The notes under the pieces: model-generated
Seen by the model: the letters and a program-made list of their open reading frames with translations, nothing else
What the model was told of the DNA's origin: nothing
Database searches by the model: none
Shown here: positions 60,242 through 64,000 of the stretch, piece after piece
Numbering within the stretch: position 1 is the first letter of the stretch
Layout: every line of letters starts with the position of its first letter
Made by a program: the position numbers and the translations under genes
NCBI GenBank assembly: GCA_958296135.2
Contig: CATQHZ020000001.1
Coordinates: 320,001 to 384,000, forward strand
DNA length: 64,000 nt
Reading direction: 5' to 3'
Source: an uncultured Poribacteria bacterium
GTDB taxonomy: Bacteria; Poribacteria; WGA-4E; WGA-3G

Positions 60242-60928
60242 ATGCGTCTTATCTTAGTCGGATGCTTGCTAATGCTACTCATTCCCAGCTCGTTACTGGC
60301 AGAATCCCCCGATGCCGCTGCTGTCCGGCCGTCACCTGTCTTACGGACGTTTTTCGCGAAGCATTTCCGATTTTCATCCGTGCAAGCCTCCCTCTTCTCA
60401 TACAAACCGGAGCTCGGCAATTTAACCGATGTCCTGCGAAACGCTGGGGTGTCCGAAATCCCGGCGGTTTTGATGCCGATAGTATCCGTTGTTTTTTCGC
60501 ACACAGTTGAGTTAGATTCCCGGCTGGAAATCGGTTATTGGCAGATGCAGCTGGACATTCCGCCGCCCACATCAGCGACGCTCACAACGACGCTAGTGCC
60601 AGTTTCGTATCAGCTGCTCTATCGGCCCGTGCTGCTATCGGAATTCGTGCCGGTTTATTTCGGGGGCGGCATCGGCTTTCTCGGCGCGAATTTCGGCGGC
60701 AGCGCGATTCCCCTTATTAGTCAACAAGGCATCTCATTTGATGGCAGCTCTTCGGGGTTAACCGGATACGTTGTCCTCGGTGCTGAACTGTTTCGCTGGG
60801 AGGACACTCTGGCTTTTCATTTAGAGTTAAAGCGAGTTCTCAAGACGGTAGAAACGACGGGGGATGTGCCGCTCAACGTGATTCTAGATGGCACTGCGAT
60901 TGGGCTCGGGGTCAGCATGTGGTTTTAG
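60242..60928 (+). CDS. Hypothetical outer-membrane beta-barrel protein
   Basis: Signal peptide, PVYFGGGIG, C-terminal SMWF. Confidence 0.65.
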   Translation: MRLILVGCLLMLLIPSSLLAESPDAAAVRPSPVLRTFFAKHFRFSSVQASLFSYKPELGNLTDVLRNAGVSEIPAVLMPIVSVVFSHTVELDSRLEIGYWQMQLDIPPPTSATLTTTLVPVSYQLLYRPVLLSEFVPVYFGGGIGFLGANFGGSAIPLISQQGISFDGSSSGLTGYVVLGAELFRWEDTLAFHLELKRVLKTVETTGDVPLNVILDGTAIGLGVSMWF

Positions 60929-60938
60929 CGGCATTGTT

Positions 60939-62456
60939 GTGAACTATACAAAAACCGTGAAACATGGCAAACACATTCTCCCCATTCTCCTCTGCATCGG
61001 GCTTGGCGCAATCATCGGACGCTACGCTGGTACACCACTCCCACTCCTCTGCCTGCTCGCCGTGACAGGCACCTTTGTCTTCATTGACATGGAACTCGCT
61101 GTCTATGTGCTGTTAATCGCGCTCCCGTTTTCATTCCGTTACATCCTGCCAGGCCGCTTTGAAATTCAGACACCGACAGAACCGCTGTTAGGCATGCTGG
61201 TCGCGGTTTACTGGGTGAAAAAGAGTGTCGCGTTCTCGCAAGAAAAGCGCGATGCCAAAGCGCGCCTACCGGTAGCAGAAACGTTTCCATTCCTCGCGCC
61301 GCTCTGTGGCTATATTTTTATTACGTTCCTATCCGCAATCAACACACCAGACCTGCTCGGAACCCTCAAGGGTGCGACGCGCGCGACTGCCTATATGATG
61401 TTCAGTTTGGTGGTGTATGCGGTGTTTAGTCCGCGGGCCATCGGGATGTTGAGGGACAGGCCCTCAACCTACAGAATTGGGAACGTGTTGGGGGACAGGC
61501 CCTCAACCTACGGAGTGAGGAAGTTGAAGCGGCTCTTAATCGCCACCTTTCCCGCCGCTGCCATCGCCGTTATCTGGACGATCTTCGTCCTTATCTACCA
61601 CATTGACGAGTGGCAGTGGACAAGCGCGTATCGGCATGCACCGTTTACCAACTACTCCGTTTACGGCTCCTTCACAGCCGTATTTTTCTTAATCTGTCTC
61701 AGCCGACTGCTCTTTGATACTACGCCTTACGATAAGGTGCTGTGGTTCGGATGGTTCGCCTGCTTCGCGCTTGGGCTCATTATGTGCTTTTCGAGAGGCG
61801 TGTGGCTTTCGGTTATCGTTGCAGTGGGGTTTATGTTGTTGCAAGTCGGCAATCGCAACAAGGAGAACGCGCGGACAAGTGGCGTGACGCAGAAAAAGAT
61901 TCTGTTCCTCGGAGCCGCCTGCCTAATATTATTGGTATGCCTCAATCTGCCGGGTGTTTACAGCATCGTCATTGAACGGATTGCCACCACGGTGGACACT
62001 AGTTATGCCTCAAATCAGGCGCGGCTCCTCCGATGGGCACAAGCGGTGACGATTTTCCTTGAAAACCCCATTTTGGGCAAAGGTTACGGGGCGTTCGCCA
62101 TGCTTTACGAGGAAGATGTCGCGCTCGTGGGAACATACACGGCGCAGTTTCAACTCGGCGCGCACAGCGAATATCTGCAGATACTTGCGGAATTAGGCAT
62201 TATTGGCTTCATCGCATGGATATGGCTCAACCTCGCTTTCTTAAGATACGGGTTTCGCGCACTCAAACGGATGAACAGCCAGGCAGACAGCTTTTACCGT
62301 GCCACCGTCATCGGGCTCATGGCGGCAGAAATCTCGCTGATGGTGCATTTTATCGTAAACAACCTCCTAAACGGCGATGCCATCGGCATTCCGTTCTGGG
62401 GCATTTATGGACTATTGCCGGCTGTCGTGCAGATGCACGCGCGGCAGAAGGAATAA
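60939..62456 (+). CDS. O-antigen ligase (Wzy_C) family protein
   Basis: FSRGVW, PILGKGYG, AHSEYLQILAELGIIG. Confidence 0.9.
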   Translation: MNYTKTVKHGKHILPILLCIGLGAIIGRYAGTPLPLLCLLAVTGTFVFIDMELAVYVLLIALPFSFRYILPGRFEIQTPTEPLLGMLVAVYWVKKSVAFSQEKRDAKARLPVAETFPFLAPLCGYIFITFLSAINTPDLLGTLKGATRATAYMMFSLVVYAVFSPRAIGMLRDRPSTYRIGNVLGDRPSTYGVRKLKRLLIATFPAAAIAVIWTIFVLIYHIDEWQWTSAYRHAPFTNYSVYGSFTAVFFLICLSRLLFDTTPYDKVLWFGWFACFALGLIMCFSRGVWLSVIVAVGFMLLQVGNRNKENARTSGVTQKKILFLGAACLILLVCLNLPGVYSIVIERIATTVDTSYASNQARLLRWAQAVTIFLENPILGKGYGAFAMLYEEDVALVGTYTAQFQLGAHSEYLQILAELGIIGFIAWIWLNLAFLRYGFRALKRMNSQADSFYRATVIGLMAAEISLMVHFIVNNLLNGDAIGIPFWGIYGLLPAVVQMHARQKE

Positions 62457-62519
62457 ACGAACCCCATCGGCGCGGTTGCAAATCGCGTCTACCGAACGGG
62501 GAGTATTGAGGAGACATTT

Positions 62520-63878
62520 ATGAACATTATCCATATTATTTCAGACACATTCCGGCGCGATAACCTCGCGATTTATGGCGATAAGGGATACACGCCTTCC
62601 CTGAACGCCTTCGCCGAAAAATGCGTCGTTTTTGACAAGGCTTATGTCTGTAGTTACCCGACCGTGCCGATCCGCGGCGAGCTGGTAACAGGACAGGTGG
62701 GTGTATGCCGGCGGGGATGGGAACCCCTCAAGCGCGATGTGCCAGTGATTGCGAACGCACTCACCAAGGCAGGCGTTGTCAGCATGATGATTGCGGATAC
62801 GCCGCACCATCTCAACAACGGATTCTTTTATCATCGCGGGTTCACGGGATGGAAATGGATTCGCGGGCAGGAAGGCGACTGTTTAGAGACGCAGGCCTAC
62901 GACTACGAATCGCCTCAGTCCCTGCAGTATCGCGAATACACCCGCACGCATCCGCAACGGTTGCCCCTCGGGCTCGGCAATCACCTCCGAAACATTGCGT
63001 TTCGGCAGAACGAGGCAGATACTTTCGTCGCGCAAACCGTGCAGACAGCGTGCGACTGGCTGGAGCGGAACTACCAACACGAAAACTTCTATCTGATGGT
63101 GGATACCTTCGACCCGCACGAACCGTGGGACGCGCCTGAATGGTATCTTCGGCGGTTCGATGATAGCGATTACGACGGCCCTGAGCCCATCTACCCGCCT
63201 TACGGTCCGAATCCGATGGACGCACGTTCAACGCAACGCCTCAACGCGCTCTACCGCGCCGAAGCATCGCTGGTGGACAACTGGCTCGGGCAGCTCCTCC
63301 GCAAAATTGACTATATGGGGTTGATGGAAAACACCATGATAATCTTCATGGCTGACCACGGTTTCCTCTTAGGCGAGCATGGACTTCTCGCCAAGAACCT
63401 GAGCATGTATGAAGAGATTGTCCACATCCCCCTGCTAGTTTATCACCCGGATGCAACCCCTCGGCACACCGATGCATTGGCGAGTATCGTTGACCTCCCG
63501 GCGACGGTGCTGGATGTTTTCGGCGCAGAACGCGGCGCGCAAATCGAAGGCAACAGCCTGCTCCCTGCCATCATAGGGGATACGGACACCGGGCGCGAGT
63601 ATGCGATTACGCACGGCGCATGGGTAGGCGGCTGGAGCCCCGATGGCGGCAGCCCACACGGGAACGTGACAGACGGCACCTGGGCGCTCCTGTTAGAAAA
63701 CAAGGGCGCGCCGAAGCAGCTGTTCCACCTCCCCTCCGACCCGGGGCAGCTGCACAATCGCTTCAATTCGGATGCAGCAGAGGCGCGACGGCTCTATCAG
63801 GCGTTCTTGGACTTCTTGGCGCAGCACGGCGCACCGGCGGCAATGGTGACAGAGTTCCAGAATCGTTGGCCTGCGTGA
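62520..63878 (+). CDS. Sulfatase-family hydrolase with TxPxR motif
   Basis: IISDTFRRD, PTVPIR, FDPHEPWD, MADHG. Confidence 0.88.
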   Translation: MNIIHIISDTFRRDNLAIYGDKGYTPSLNAFAEKCVVFDKAYVCSYPTVPIRGELVTGQVGVCRRGWEPLKRDVPVIANALTKAGVVSMMIADTPHHLNNGFFYHRGFTGWKWIRGQEGDCLETQAYDYESPQSLQYREYTRTHPQRLPLGLGNHLRNIAFRQNEADTFVAQTVQTACDWLERNYQHENFYLMVDTFDPHEPWDAPEWYLRRFDDSDYDGPEPIYPPYGPNPMDARSTQRLNALYRAEASLVDNWLGQLLRKIDYMGLMENTMIIFMADHGFLLGEHGLLAKNLSMYEEIVHIPLLVYHPDATPRHTDALASIVDLPATVLDVFGAERGAQIEGNSLLPAIIGDTDTGREYAITHGAWVGGWSPDGGSPHGNVTDGTWALLLENKGAPKQLFHLPSDPGQLHNRFNSDAAEARRLYQAFLDFLAQHGAPAAMVTEFQNRWPA

Positions 63879-63913
63879 TAAAACGCAATCCACCTCATCT
63901 GTCCGTATCCATT

Positions 63914-63939
63914 GTAAGGGCGGATTTCTATATCCGCCC
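63914..63939 (+). repeat. REP family C
   Basis: GTAAGGGCGGATTTCTATATCCGCCC; relatives at 3167, 24561, 36260, 57291, 60158. Confidence 0.8.
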
Positions 63940-64000
63940 ATTTCCGCGCCTACCCCCGCGTCCAATCCATCACTACCCCCAAATACTCATCCTTCCGGTC

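Noticed and set aside
1-64000. RAYT/IS200 tnpA transposase serving the REPs or tnpB
   Set aside because: No HUH or serine-recombinase ORF was recognised in the window; any mobiliser must be encoded elsewhere

Overview
This is a gene-dense bacterial window of moderately high GC. Its content (sulfatases, PhyH dioxygenase, Gfo/Idh/MocA oxidoreductases, TPR/HEAT, FG-GAP and BNR/YCF48 repeat proteins, an AAA-ATPase/nuclease, several DNA methyltransferases) suggests Candidatus Poribacteria or a similar sponge symbiont; this is inference only. Core features are two tandem TonB-dependent receptors followed by two LivJ-type binding proteins, an MntR/TroR-VIT1-TroABCD metal operon with a clear operator, glmM/yvcK, glnS-gltX, a type II-like R-M pair, an orphan MTase, a solitary TnpB, and OmpA, M48, YceI and O-antigen-ligase genes. 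The most striking unexplained structure is a dense set of at least four GTAG/GTAA-anchored REP-like hairpin families. These build tandem arrays, carry different hairpin cargo cassettes at the same loop position (one copy nested further), and sit in-frame inside at least four protein-coding genes, including the essential gltX. A second pattern is three defence genes (PIN toxin, type ISP R-M, Dcm) reduced to N-terminus plus C-terminus by internal deletion. Also noted are an unclassified structured RNA candidate (~33.0-33.1 kb), a structured leader on tnpB, a probably leaderless MTase, and a sulfatase with Thr at the formylglycine position. All assignments come from motif reading; no database searches were run.
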